Shown here piece after piece: positions 55,326-64,000 of a DNA stretch of 64,000 bases. The notes beneath the pieces are model-generated. The model did not search any database, had not been told where the DNA came from, and was given only the letters and a program-made list of their open reading frames with translations. Made by a program: the position numbers and the translations under genes. The stretch's first letter is position 1; the number at the start of each line of letters is the position of its first letter. The stretch is from Minisyncoccota bacterium (GTDB taxonomy: Bacteria; Patescibacteriota; Minisyncoccia; Phycocordibacterales; UBA2100), in contig DATDXU010000002.1 in assembly GCA_036517195.1 (NCBI GenBank), positions 20,635 to 84,634 on the forward strand, written 5' to 3'.

Positions 55326-55532
55326 ATGACGGAATCCACGTTCACAGAAGGGCAGATTGAAGAGGCGTTGCCGAATACACTTTTTCGCGTAAAAATTGCA
55401 ACGGGGGAGTTACTTCTTGCGTATCTTGCCGGCAAAATGCGCCTTCATAAGATTAAAGTGCTTTTAGGTGATCGTGTACAGCTTCAAATAGACCCCTATG
55501 GAGGAAAGGCCAGAATTGTTAAACGCCTCTAA
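55326..55532 (+). CDS. infA: Translation initiation factor IF-1
   Basis: EG.IEEALPNTLFRV, LAGKMR, GDRV. Confidence 0.96.
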   Translation: MTESTFTEGQIEEALPNTLFRVKIATGELLLAYLAGKMRLHKIKVLLGDRVQLQIDPYGGKARIVKRL

Positions 55533-55584
55533 ACAATACAGAGTCATTTTGCGAAAATAGCGTGTGCATGGTACTGTGGTACCC

Positions 55585-55698
55585 ATGAAAGTTAAATCAT
55601 CCGTAAAGAAAATTTGCATGCATTGCCGGCACGTACGCAGGCGCGGTCGTGTGTGGGTTATTTGCAAAAATCCGAGGCACAAACAGCGACAGGGGTGA
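55585..55698 (+). CDS. rpmJ: 50S ribosomal protein L36 (Zn-binding type); absent from the ORF track
   Basis: [37 protein letters not shown]. Confidence 0.97.
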   Translation: MKVKSSVKKICMHCRHVRRRGRVWVICKNPRHKQRQG

Positions 55699-55777
55699 TT
55701 TCTTCATGATGACCTTGCTTCTTTGGTGATTGTGCGGTATATTTTGTCGTTCGACTTTTTTATTTATTTCGTACACC

Positions 55778-56161
55778 ATGCTACGCATATCTGGAGTTAC
55801 CATACCTGAAAGCAAGCGCCTCGATATGGGGCTCACTGCTATTTATGGGGTTGGGAGACCGCGCGCCAAAACTACACTCTTAGCGCTCGGCATAGACCCA
55901 AGTTCAAAGCCAAAAGACCTGACTCCAAAAAACGAACAGGCGCTACGAGACATGATAGAGCAGTATAAAGTTGAAGGTGAGTTGCGTCGCGCAATTTCTG
56001 CTAATATTCGGCGACTCAAAGATATAAAAGCGTATCGAGGTATACGGCACGTGAAGCACTTGCCATCTCGCGGACAAAGAACGAAGACCAATTGTCGGAC
56101 AGTGCGAGGGAATGTTCGCAAAACAATGTTGTCTGGGAGACGCAAACTTGAAAAAACATAA
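55778..56161 (+). CDS. rpsM: 30S ribosomal protein S13
   Basis: RISGV, LTAIYGVG, VEGELRR, YRGIRH..LP.RGQRTKTN. Confidence 0.98.
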   Translation: MLRISGVTIPESKRLDMGLTAIYGVGRPRAKTTLLALGIDPSSKPKDLTPKNEQALRDMIEQYKVEGELRRAISANIRRLKDIKAYRGIRHVKHLPSRGQRTKTNCRTVRGNVRKTMLSGRRKLEKT

Positions 56162-56173
56162 ACACTATAATAC

Positions 56174-56608
56174 ATGGGAAAGAAACGAATCATACGCAAA
56201 TCGGGTGGCTCAGTCGACCAAGGTCTCAAGTCGAGATCTTTGGCGCGTGTCGCGAAGAAAAATATCACTGCGGGAACATTACACGTTCATGCCACATACA
56301 ATAATACGCAAGTACTTTTATCTGACCGCGCCGGGAACACAATCGCGTGGTCTTCTGCGGGGGCGCTCGGGTTTTCAGGCGCAAAAAAAGGAACTCCATT
56401 TGCTGCCGCAAAAGTGGGAGAGCTTATTGGCGAAAAGGCGAATATAATCGGAATCAAGGAGGTTGATGTTGTTATTCGTGGCGTGGGTGCCGGACGTGAA
56501 TCCACACTTCGCGCCTTTGCCTCAAAAGGTATTGATGTGGTGCGCATTTCAGATGACACACCGGTGCCTCACAATGGCCCGCGCCCACCGAAGCCGAGAA
56601 GAATTTAA
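56174..56608 (+). CDS. rpsK: 30S ribosomal protein S11
   Basis: ATYNNT, GFSGAKKGTPFAA, G.GRES, DTPVPHNG.RP. Confidence 0.98.
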   Translation: MGKKRIIRKSGGSVDQGLKSRSLARVAKKNITAGTLHVHATYNNTQVLLSDRAGNTIAWSSAGALGFSGAKKGTPFAAAKVGELIGEKANIIGIKEVDVVIRGVGAGRESTLRAFASKGIDVVRISDDTPVPHNGPRPPKPRRI

Positions 56609-56625
56609 GTACCCATAACATCTTT

Positions 56626-57237
56626 ATGCTCCAGATAAAATCAAAATATAAAATCGCAAAACGTCTTGGGGGACACCTGTTTGAACAAACACAGACACAA
56701 AAGTTTTCTCTTTCTGACGCACGCTTCAAAAAACAAAAAAAACAGCGACGTGGGGGGTCAGACTTCAATCGTCAATTACTTGAAAAGCAAAAAGTCCGCT
56801 ATTCATACGGACTTTCAGAAAGGCAGCTTGGAACATATGCCGCGCGCGCGTTCGAAACAGAAAACCCACAGCGGACACTCCACGAAATGCTCGAATCGCG
56901 CCTTGACAATGTCGTCTATCGTGCTCAATTTTTAAGCACAAGACGAGCGGCGCGCCAAGCCGTTTCTCATGGGCACATTACGGTTAATGGTAGAAAAGTG
57001 ACAAGACCTTCATTTTCCGTTTCTCCCAAAGATGTGATTGGAATTCGAGAAGGAAGCAGAACCAGCGTCTTATTTTCCGCGCTTCAAAACGAAAAAGAGG
57101 GGGAGGTACGTCAGATACCGAAATGGTTATCACCTGATTATAATCTTCTTACGGCTCGCATTTCTTCAAAACCAGAATATGTTCCGGCAGAACATGCTCT
57201 CGATTACCAGACGGTGTTTGAATTTTATAGCAGATAG
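56626..57237 (+). CDS. rpsD: 30S ribosomal protein S4
   Basis: QLLEKQK, LESRLDNVVYR, ARQAVSHGHI.VNG, EFYSR. Confidence 0.97.
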   Translation: MLQIKSKYKIAKRLGGHLFEQTQTQKFSLSDARFKKQKKQRRGGSDFNRQLLEKQKVRYSYGLSERQLGTYAARAFETENPQRTLHEMLESRLDNVVYRAQFLSTRRAARQAVSHGHITVNGRKVTRPSFSVSPKDVIGIREGSRTSVLFSALQNEKEGEVRQIPKWLSPDYNLLTARISSKPEYVPAEHALDYQTVFEFYSR

Positions 57238-57313
57238 GGTATAATGGTGCCCACGTGTAGCCACAAGTCATTATTATCACACAGTTAGTGTCTCAATCTA
57301 TCGAAATTATCAT

Positions 57314-58282
57314 ATGAGCGATTATCACATTGCCTTGCCAAGTAAGCCACGTATTGTTTCCGAAACGGAAACAAGTGGTTCCTATGAGATAGATGGATTG
57401 TATCCGGGATACGGATATACACTGGGTAACTCATTGCGCCGAATCATTCTTTCGTCTCTGCCGGGTGCCGCTATCACCCATGTAAAAATTCCCGGTGTCC
57501 CACATGAATTTTCAACCATAGAAGGTGTCCGAGAAGATGTCGTTACCCTTCTTCTCAATGTGCGAAAGATTCGTTTACGATTATCGACTGACGAAGCGCA
57601 GGTGCTAACACTTGGAGTGAAGGGACCAAAAGACATTGTGGCATCCGATCTCACAACCCCGGGTCAAATTGAGATACTCAACCCAGAACAACACATCATG
57701 ACGGTTACCGGAAAAGTTTCTTTTGAAATGGAGCTGCATGCGGAGAGGGGATTGGGATATGTGCCGAAAGAAGTTCATCAAAAGGAACGAGTGGATATTG
57801 GCGCGATCGCGCTTGATGCTATTTTTTCTCCAATCCGCCGTGTAAATTACGAGGTTGAAAATATGCGTGTCGGGGACAGAACAGATTTTAATCGTCTTCG
57901 CATTTTTGTAGAAACAGACGGAACAGTAACCCCTCGTGATGCTCTCGAACGTTCTATCGAAACCATGATTCATCAGTTGAAAGCTATCGTTGGATTCAAG
58001 GAAGAAGAAGTTCCCGTTGAAGTAAAAGCTGAACAGGAAGAGACGCTTTTGCCTCGGGAAGATAGGCCGCTTGCTGACGCGGAATTATTGAAAACTCGCA
58101 TCACAGAATTAAAACTTCCTGCTCGAGTGGAAATGGCACTTGATGACGCGTCCATTCGTACTGTTGGTGGGTTGGTGCGCAAACGAGAAGACGATCTATT
58201 GTCAATTGAGGGTCTTGGGCAAAAAGGACTACAAGACATAAAGCGCGCACTTTCAAACCTTGGATTGACCTTGCGACAATAG
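57314..58282 (+). CDS. rpoA: RNA polymerase alpha subunit
   Basis: GYGYTLGNSLRRIILSSLPGAA, HEFSTIEGV.EDV, LDAIFSP, RVGDRTD. Confidence 0.98.
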   Translation: MSDYHIALPSKPRIVSETETSGSYEIDGLYPGYGYTLGNSLRRIILSSLPGAAITHVKIPGVPHEFSTIEGVREDVVTLLLNVRKIRLRLSTDEAQVLTLGVKGPKDIVASDLTTPGQIEILNPEQHIMTVTGKVSFEMELHAERGLGYVPKEVHQKERVDIGAIALDAIFSPIRRVNYEVENMRVGDRTDFNRLRIFVETDGTVTPRDALERSIETMIHQLKAIVGFKEEEVPVEVKAEQEETLLPREDRPLADAELLKTRITELKLPARVEMALDDASIRTVGGLVRKREDDLLSIEGLGQKGLQDIKRALSNLGLTLRQ

Positions 58283-58301
58283 TGGGAGCATCTTTTGGAA
58301 T

Positions 58302-58658
58302 ATGCGACATCACAAACGTAGTCGAAAGCTGAACCGCGTGAAGCGTCAAAGGGTGGCACTTCTTCGTTCGCTCGCGCGCTCCCTCGTGCTTCATGGGGGC
58401 ATAACGACAACGGTCGCAAAGGCGAAAGAATTGCGACCATTTGTGGAGAGTTTGGTTACGGAGAGCAAGAAAGGAACTCTCGCATCCGGTCGCATGGTCA
58501 CAATCGACCTGTGCGGTTCAAAAGAGGCTGGGAAAAAATTAAAAGAAACAACCGTTGCACGTTTTATAAACCGTCATGGCGGATATACGCGTATTGTAAA
58601 ACTTGGACGAATAGGAAAGAGGGTCGGAGAAATGGCGCGAATTGAGTTTGTGCAATAG
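58302..58658 (+). CDS. rplQ: 50S ribosomal protein L17
   Basis: MRH..RKLNR, ITTT.AKAKELR, GGYTRIVK. Confidence 0.97.
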   Translation: MRHHKRSRKLNRVKRQRVALLRSLARSLVLHGGITTTVAKAKELRPFVESLVTESKKGTLASGRMVTIDLCGSKEAGKKLKETTVARFINRHGGYTRIVKLGRIGKRVGEMARIEFVQ

Positions 58659-58667
58659 ATACACAGT

Positions 58668-59030
58668 ATGAAACAAAAGACAACAACACATGAATATACC
58701 ATTAACGCATCGGGGAGGTCTCTTGGTCGCGTGGCCTCCGAGGTGGCAAAGGCACTTATGGGAAAAATGAATTCATCGTACACACCGCATCACGCTCCGA
58801 GTACCAAGGTGCTTGTTCAGCACACCGCGAAGCTTCACATATCAGAAAAAAAACGCAGTATAGAGCACACAAGATACACGGGATATCCTGGAGGATTGAG
58901 GCAAGAGACACTCGGTTCATACATGGCTCGTCGGGGGAAATCAGAAACATTGCGTCGCACAGTGCGGGGGATGTTGCCTCGCAATCAGCAATTGACCGAA
59001 AGAATGAAAAATTTGAAAATTGAAGAATAA
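58668..59030 (+). CDS. rplM: 50S ribosomal protein L13
   Basis: LGRVAS..A..LMGK, YTP, TGYPGGL, VRGMLP.N. Confidence 0.95.
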   Translation: MKQKTTTHEYTINASGRSLGRVASEVAKALMGKMNSSYTPHHAPSTKVLVQHTAKLHISEKKRSIEHTRYTGYPGGLRQETLGSYMARRGKSETLRRTVRGMLPRNQQLTERMKNLKIEE

Positions 59031-59035
59031 TCCAT

Positions 59036-59434
59036 ATGAATGCACACCACATACAATATACGGAAGCGGTTGGGCGCAGAAAAACGGCGAGCGCCAGAGT
59101 TCGTATACATGCAGCAAAAAATTCATCTATCACAGTGAATGGGAAAAATGCAGATGAATATTTTCCACTCACTGGCATGGTAAAAACAGCACACGCGCCA
59201 CTTGTAGCACTTCAGGCATCATATGCGGTGAGTGTGAAAGTTTCTGGCGGTGGTCTGAAAGCGCAGGCAGAGGCAGTACGTCACGGTCTTTCGCGCGCAA
59301 TTGCTGGGCTTGTACCAGAACAAAGGAAAGAGCTCAAACTGCGGGGTTTTCTGAAGCGTGACCCGCGCGCCAAAGAGCGTAAAAAATTCGGTCTTAAGGC
59401 GGCACGTAGGGCTCCCCAATGGAGTAAACGATAG
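59036..59434 (+). CDS. rpsI: 30S ribosomal protein S9
   Basis: GRRKTA.ARV, GGG...QAEA.RHG, RDPR.KERKK.GLK.AR..PQWSKR. Confidence 0.98.
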   Translation: MNAHHIQYTEAVGRRKTASARVRIHAAKNSSITVNGKNADEYFPLTGMVKTAHAPLVALQASYAVSVKVSGGGLKAQAEAVRHGLSRAIAGLVPEQRKELKLRGFLKRDPRAKERKKFGLKAARRAPQWSKR

Positions 59435-59499
59435 ATCTGGGCTCAGCCCGGGGTGGGGTGTCCTTGATTTTTTGCTCGCACACGGTATAATTCTTCCAA

Positions 59500-60105
59500 A
59501 TGGCCGAACACGATACAGATAGCCCGCGCAGAGATGGCTCGCGCGAGTCAAAAGACACGAACCTTGAATCAACCAAAGATGAATCCGAGGTTGATTTTGA
59601 ACCTGAAGATGAGGTTGGGGGCATGGTTGCATTACGCGCAAAGGTACAAAAAATAAAGTTAGAACTTGAGCACTGCAAGAAAGAGAATAAAGAATACTTG
59701 AATGGATGGCAGAGGTGTAAGGCAGATGCGATTAATGCAAAGCGCGAAACGCTTCAGGCATTGGAGCGCGGTGCGGGAGGTATACAGGAGGCGTTGCTTC
59801 TCGAGATTATTCCTGTTTTAGATAGTTTCGATGCCGCCTCCGGTGGCACCGCGTGGGAGGCACTGGACGCAACGTGGCGACGCGGGATGGAGCATATACA
59901 CAACCAACTGTTGGATGTGTGCAGACGGCATGGGGTTGAGCGTTATGGGAAAGTTGGGGATATGGCAGATCACACACTTCACGACGTTGTAGAGGAGCGG
60001 GACGATGTTCCTGGGCTCTCTGGAGAAATCGCACGTATAGTACGGCATGGGTACAGAGTCGGGGAGAGGGTTGTGCGGTCGGCACAAGTCATTGTCAAAA
60101 AATAA
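59500..60105 (+). CDS. grpE: Nucleotide exchange factor GrpE
   Basis: WQR.KAD..N.KR, IPVLDSF, GY..G.RV.R.AQV; upstream of dnaK. Confidence 0.93.
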   Translation: MAEHDTDSPRRDGSRESKDTNLESTKDESEVDFEPEDEVGGMVALRAKVQKIKLELEHCKKENKEYLNGWQRCKADAINAKRETLQALERGAGGIQEALLLEIIPVLDSFDAASGGTAWEALDATWRRGMEHIHNQLLDVCRRHGVERYGKVGDMADHTLHDVVEERDDVPGLSGEIARIVRHGYRVGERVVRSAQVIVKK

Positions 60106-60153
60106 CATAGTATAGTTGCGGGTAATCAAAAAATACATTATTTTATACACTAT

Positions 60154-61992
60154 ATGTCTAAAATTTTAGGAATAGATTTGGGAACCACAAATTGCGCTGT
60201 TGCCGTGGTGAAATCCGGTGAACCGGAAATCATTGAGAACGCAGAGGGCGCGCGCACGACGCCTTCCATCATTGCTGTTTCCAAGACCGGCGAACGGCTT
60301 GTTGGTTTGTTGGCAAAACGCCAAGCGGTGACGAATCCAAAAAATACTGTGTACCAAATTAAGCGCTTTATTGGGCACTCATTTGACGAGCCGGCAGTTG
60401 CGAAAGATAGGGATGCGGTTCCTTTTGAAACGAGAAAGTCCAGCAATGGGGGCATTGAAGTCAAAATGGGGGACTCATGGTATCGACCCGAAGAGTGCTC
60501 CGCAATGATTCTCCAAAAATTGAAACGTGATGCTGAGGCGCGACTCGGAGAGACAATTACGGAGGCGGTCATCACTGTTCCCGCGTACTTCAACGATTCG
60601 CAAAGACAGGCGACGAAAGATGCCGGAAAAATCGCGGGCCTTGATGTAAAGCGTATTATCAACGAACCAACGGCCGCGGCGTTAGCGTATGGTTTTAATA
60701 AAAAGAAGGACGAAAAAATCGTCGTATTTGATTTTGGGGGAGGGACATTTGATATATCCGTTCTTGAAGTGGGGAGCGACGTGATTGAGGTGCGTTCAAC
60801 GGATGGCGACGCACACCTTGGGGGTAAAGACCTTGACCAGAAAATAATGCACTGGCTTGCGGGTGAGTTTAAAAAAGAATCGGGTATTGATGTTCGAAAT
60901 GACCCACTTGGACGCCAACGACTGGATGAGGCGGCGGAAAAAGCGAAAATAGAACTTTCTACAGCTCTTGAAACAGAGATAAACATTCCTTTCATTACTT
61001 CGGACTCATCTGGGCCACGACACCTTTTGATTACATTCACACGCGCAAAGCTCGAAGAACTCGCGGAGGAGTTTATAGAACGCGCTGTTGTAATCACGAA
61101 ACGCGCGATGGAAGCGTCTCCGTTCAAAGTGGGGGACATTCAGGAAGTTGTTCTTGTCGGTGGGCAAACCAGAATGCCGGCTATTCAAAAAGCCGTTGAA
61201 GACATTTTCAAAAAGAAACCACACATGGGAGTGAACCCAGATGAGGTGGTTGCAATTGGCGCGGCAATTCAGGGCGGTATCTTACAGGGGGATGTGAAAG
61301 ACGTTTTGTTGCTGGATGTTATACCGCTTTCTCTCGGGATCGAGACATTGGGAGGGGTTGCGACAAAATTGATAGAACGAAATACGACAATCCCAACATC
61401 ACGCTCTCAGGTGTTTTCTACGGCATCAGACAATCAGCCGTCGGTTGAAATTCATGTGGTGCAGGGGGAGAGGCCTATGGCATCTGCGAATAAATCACTC
61501 GGGCGGTTTAATTTGGATGGTATTGCGCCATCCCCTCGCGGGACTCCGCAAGTTGAAGTTAGTTTTGATATTGACGTGAACGGAATTTTAAGCGTGAAGG
61601 CGAAAGACAAGGCGACGAGTAAGGAGCAATCTATTCGTATTGAAGCATCGTCGGGTCTGTCAAAGGAAGATATTGAAAAGATGAAACAGGACGCGGAGGT
61701 ACATGCCGACGAAGATAAAAAGAAAAAAGAGCTTATTGAATCACAAAACGCCGCAGATCAGCTCGTATATATGGCTGAAAAATCTCTCAAAGAACATGGA
61801 GAAAAAGTTGGTGAAGATATCAAAAAGAACGTTCAAGAAAAAATCGACGCTCTCAAGGTTGTTCGAAATGGCACTGACGGTAGTGCTATACAAACAGCAA
61901 CCGAAGCCCTGTCGGGCGCCCTTAGCGCCATTGGAGCTGCTATGAATCAAAAGCCACCACAGGCAGACGAGGCGCCCCCAAAGAGCGCATGA
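60154..61992 (+). CDS. dnaK: Chaperone DnaK
   Basis: [46 protein letters not shown]. Confidence 0.99.
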   Translation: MSKILGIDLGTTNCAVAVVKSGEPEIIENAEGARTTPSIIAVSKTGERLVGLLAKRQAVTNPKNTVYQIKRFIGHSFDEPAVAKDRDAVPFETRKSSNGGIEVKMGDSWYRPEECSAMILQKLKRDAEARLGETITEAVITVPAYFNDSQRQATKDAGKIAGLDVKRIINEPTAAALAYGFNKKKDEKIVVFDFGGGTFDISVLEVGSDVIEVRSTDGDAHLGGKDLDQKIMHWLAGEFKKESGIDVRNDPLGRQRLDEAAEKAKIELSTALETEINIPFITSDSSGPRHLLITFTRAKLEELAEEFIERAVVITKRAMEASPFKVGDIQEVVLVGGQTRMPAIQKAVEDIFKKKPHMGVNPDEVVAIGAAIQGGILQGDVKDVLLLDVIPLSLGIETLGGVATKLIERNTTIPTSRSQVFSTASDNQPSVEIHVVQGERPMASANKSLGRFNLDGIAPSPRGTPQVEVSFDIDVNGILSVKAKDKATSKEQSIRIEASSGLSKEDIEKMKQDAEVHADEDKKKKELIESQNAADQLVYMAEKSLKEHGEKVGEDIKKNVQEKIDALKVVRNGTDGSAIQTATEALSGALSAIGAAMNQKPPQADEAPPKSA

Positions 61993-63050
61993 AAAACTAC
62001 TACGACATTCTTGGGATTGATAAAACCGCAAGCGCGGACGATGTCAAAACGGCATTTCGCACACTGGCGCACAAGTACCATCCCGATAAAAAAGGCGGAG
62101 ATGAGAGCAAATTTAAAGAGGTGTCTGAGGCGTATGCGATTTTGTCTGATAAGAAACGGCGCGCGGAGTATGATACGTACGGCCGCACATTTCAGTCGGA
62201 CGGCGGAGGGTTCTCCGGCTTTGATTTTTCTCAATTTTCACGAGATTTTGATGGACAAGGTTTTGAATTCGATTTAGGAGATGTATTTTCTGAGTTTTTC
62301 GCCGGGAATAGGGGAGGTGGAGGAGGGCGGCGTGGCAGGGATATCTCCATAGATATAGAACTGTCTTTTAAGGAGAGTGTTTTTGGTGTTGAGCGACGCG
62401 TGCTTCTTTCAAAAATAAGCCCCTGTGTTGCGTGCGGGGGGTTTGGCGCGTCTCCTAACTCTAAAAAACACACATGCACTTCATGTAATGGGAAAGGGGA
62501 AATTAAAGAAACTCGCTCAACGTTTTTTGGACGTTTTACTTCGAATAAGACATGTGCGGAGTGTCGCGGACAGGGATCGGTGCCAGATTCTCCGTGTGCG
62601 GAATGTCGGGGCAATGGGGTTTTGAAACGCGAAGAAGAGATCCGCGTGACAGTACCCGCGGGAGTTTCTGCCGGAGAAATGATTCGTATGCCACGTATGG
62701 GAGAGGCCGTTCCTTTCGGTACACCCGGGGATTTATACGTTAAATTACACGTCGCGCCGGATAACGTGTTTATGCGCGAGGGTACGCATATAACTATGAC
62801 ACTTTCGATAAAACTGACGGACGCTCTTTTGGGGGCGGAATACAAAATAAAAACACTGGATGGTGAAGAAACCGTACGCATACCCGCAGGTGTCACTCAT
62901 GGAGAACTTATACGCATAAAGGGACGCGGTGTGCCGACCAATCGAGGGAATCGCGGAGATTTATTAATACGCGTTGCGATCGGGTTACCAAAAAAACTTT
63001 CTCCAGAAGCGCAGAAACTTATAGAGCGTCTCAAAAAAGAGGGCATGTAG
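61989..63050 (+). CDS. dnaJ: Chaperone DnaJ
   Basis: J-domain HPD, G/F region, four CxxCxGxG repeats. Confidence 0.98.
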   Translation: MKNYYDILGIDKTASADDVKTAFRTLAHKYHPDKKGGDESKFKEVSEAYAILSDKKRRAEYDTYGRTFQSDGGGFSGFDFSQFSRDFDGQGFEFDLGDVFSEFFAGNRGGGGGRRGRDISIDIELSFKESVFGVERRVLLSKISPCVACGGFGASPNSKKHTCTSCNGKGEIKETRSTFFGRFTSNKTCAECRGQGSVPDSPCAECRGNGVLKREEEIRVTVPAGVSAGEMIRMPRMGEAVPFGTPGDLYVKLHVAPDNVFMREGTHITMTLSIKLTDALLGAEYKIKTLDGEETVRIPAGVTHGELIRIKGRGVPTNRGNRGDLLIRVAIGLPKKLSPEAQKLIERLKKEGM

Positions 63051-63070
63051 TAACGGGGTATACTGTGTAG

Positions 63071-63535
63071 ATGGGTTGGTTTTTGTCCATACCTTTCGAT
63101 TGGATGCTTGTCGCGGGTTGCGTGGCGCTTTTGGCCGTGAGTACGCTCCACGGTGGTTCCGGGAGAGCACTCGCGCTTGCGCTCGCGTTTCCAATCGCAA
63201 GTTTTTTGTTCCCACTTGCCACCAATGCGTGGCTCATCGGGACACTGCTGCCCTCTTTGGGGAATGCGAGTGAAACGGTTATTTTTGCTGGCTTGGTCTT
63301 TGTCGTGTATTTCGCATGTGTTCGATTCACCGAAACCTATGACAGTGGTGGCATCATGCATACGGCCCTTGTATCTGTCGCGGCGACGAGTGTTATTCTT
63401 GTTGTTTGGACCAATACTCCGGTTGTGTGGAACGTGTGGCAATTCCAAGAATCTGTATCCGTGATGTTTGCCGACCCGTATCGTTTTTGGTGGCTCATCG
63501 GCGCATTCGGGGCACTGGCAATTTTACGCAGATAG
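63071..63535 (+). CDS. Hypothetical membrane protein
   Basis: About five hydrophobic helices; TATACT 6 nt upstream. Confidence 0.75.
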   Translation: MGWFLSIPFDWMLVAGCVALLAVSTLHGGSGRALALALAFPIASFLFPLATNAWLIGTLLPSLGNASETVIFAGLVFVVYFACVRFTETYDSGGIMHTALVSVAATSVILVVWTNTPVVWNVWQFQESVSVMFADPYRFWWLIGAFGALAILRR

Positions 63536-63602
63536 TTGACACACCGATTACAGTGCGATGGGGTGTTTTTGGAACATACAGGTACATGCGGAGGAGAAAG
63601 AC

Positions 63603-63845
63603 ATGTCCACACGAAATAAGAGCACAGTCGTGCGAATTTATGGTGCTGTTGGTGCCTTTGTTGGCGCGGGGCTTGTGTGTATGGTGTTCTCAATACTTGG
63701 AGTAAGTGGGTTTGAGAAAACGCACGAGAAATATGGTCTGTTTACTTGGGCGCGTTATGTATTGCCGTGGTTCGCGGTGTTACTTGGGGCGATCGCTGGT
63801 TTTCTTTTCGCGATGGCTATTCTATCCATCTCACTTCTGGAATAG
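63603..63845 (+). CDS. Small 2-TM hypothetical protein
   Basis: GGAGGAG SD, two TMs. Confidence 0.65.
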   Translation: MSTRNKSTVVRIYGAVGAFVGAGLVCMVFSILGVSGFEKTHEKYGLFTWARYVLPWFAVLLGAIAGFLFAMAILSISLLE

Positions 63846-63867
63846 GGGTGAGATGTTTCTTTTTTGT

Positions 63868-63896
63868 TTGACACCGCGCAAACTTTGTAGTATAAG
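63868..63896 (+). promoter_or_regulatory. sigma70 promoter for an ORF starting ~63908 that runs off the window
   Basis: TTGACA-17 bp-TATAAG. Confidence 0.65.
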
Positions 63897-64000
63897 AACG
63901 TTGGTACATGGGGGAGAAAAAAGATGTGGGTATCCTTGCTTCTCTTGCGATTCTTTACGAATCTCGTATGTTTTTGCGCGAATCCTTGGTGTCGGAGAAG

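Noticed and set aside
59435-59499. CIRCE/HrcA control of grpE-dnaK-dnaJ
   Set aside because: No TTAGCACTC-N9-GAGTGCTAA and no hrcA; only a short hairpin and a -10 box.
60150-61139. 329-aa antisense ORF opposite dnaK
   Set aside because: Well-known antisense shadow of dnaK, often mis-annotated as NAD-specific glutamate dehydrogenase.
1-64000. DGR reverse transcriptase or template repeat within the window
   Set aside because: No RT ORF and no AAC-rich near-copy of 50545-50680 were seen by eye; a computational self-alignment should confirm this.

Overview
A 64-kb chromosomal segment of a small-genome bacterium, most likely Patescibacteria/CPR (Parcubacteria-like). The assignment rests on the short AlaRS, the alaS-FtsA-like-baseplate-J-like gene order, many apparently leaderless genes and CPR-type palindromes; it is an inference. 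Housekeeping blocks: a thymidylate/folate cluster (glyA, tmk, dcd, thyA, folA), pdhAB, mnmA, a DNA-repair block, alaS, infA-rpmJ-rpsM-rpsK-rpsD-rpoA-rplQ-rplM-rpsI and grpE-dnaK-dnaJ. Accessory content: (i) a 7-gene MoxR/VWA cluster with mxaACKL/Bat-like order and an embedded HtrA protease; (ii) a prkA/yeaG-yeaH-spoVR operon whose SpoVR carries a ~160-aa insertion; (iii) a 1718-aa Cys-rich repeat surface protein; (iv) a REP-associated tyrosine transposase with REP hairpins upstream, over its 3' end and inside its ORF. Divergent from the transposase is a secreted protein whose 3' end looks like an adenine-mutagenised DGR variable region; I found no RT or TR in the window. Several families of small palindromic elements are scattered through the window, one inserted in-frame in alaS. 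No rRNA, tRNA or CRISPR array was recognised. All product calls come from motif recognition by eye, not database searches.
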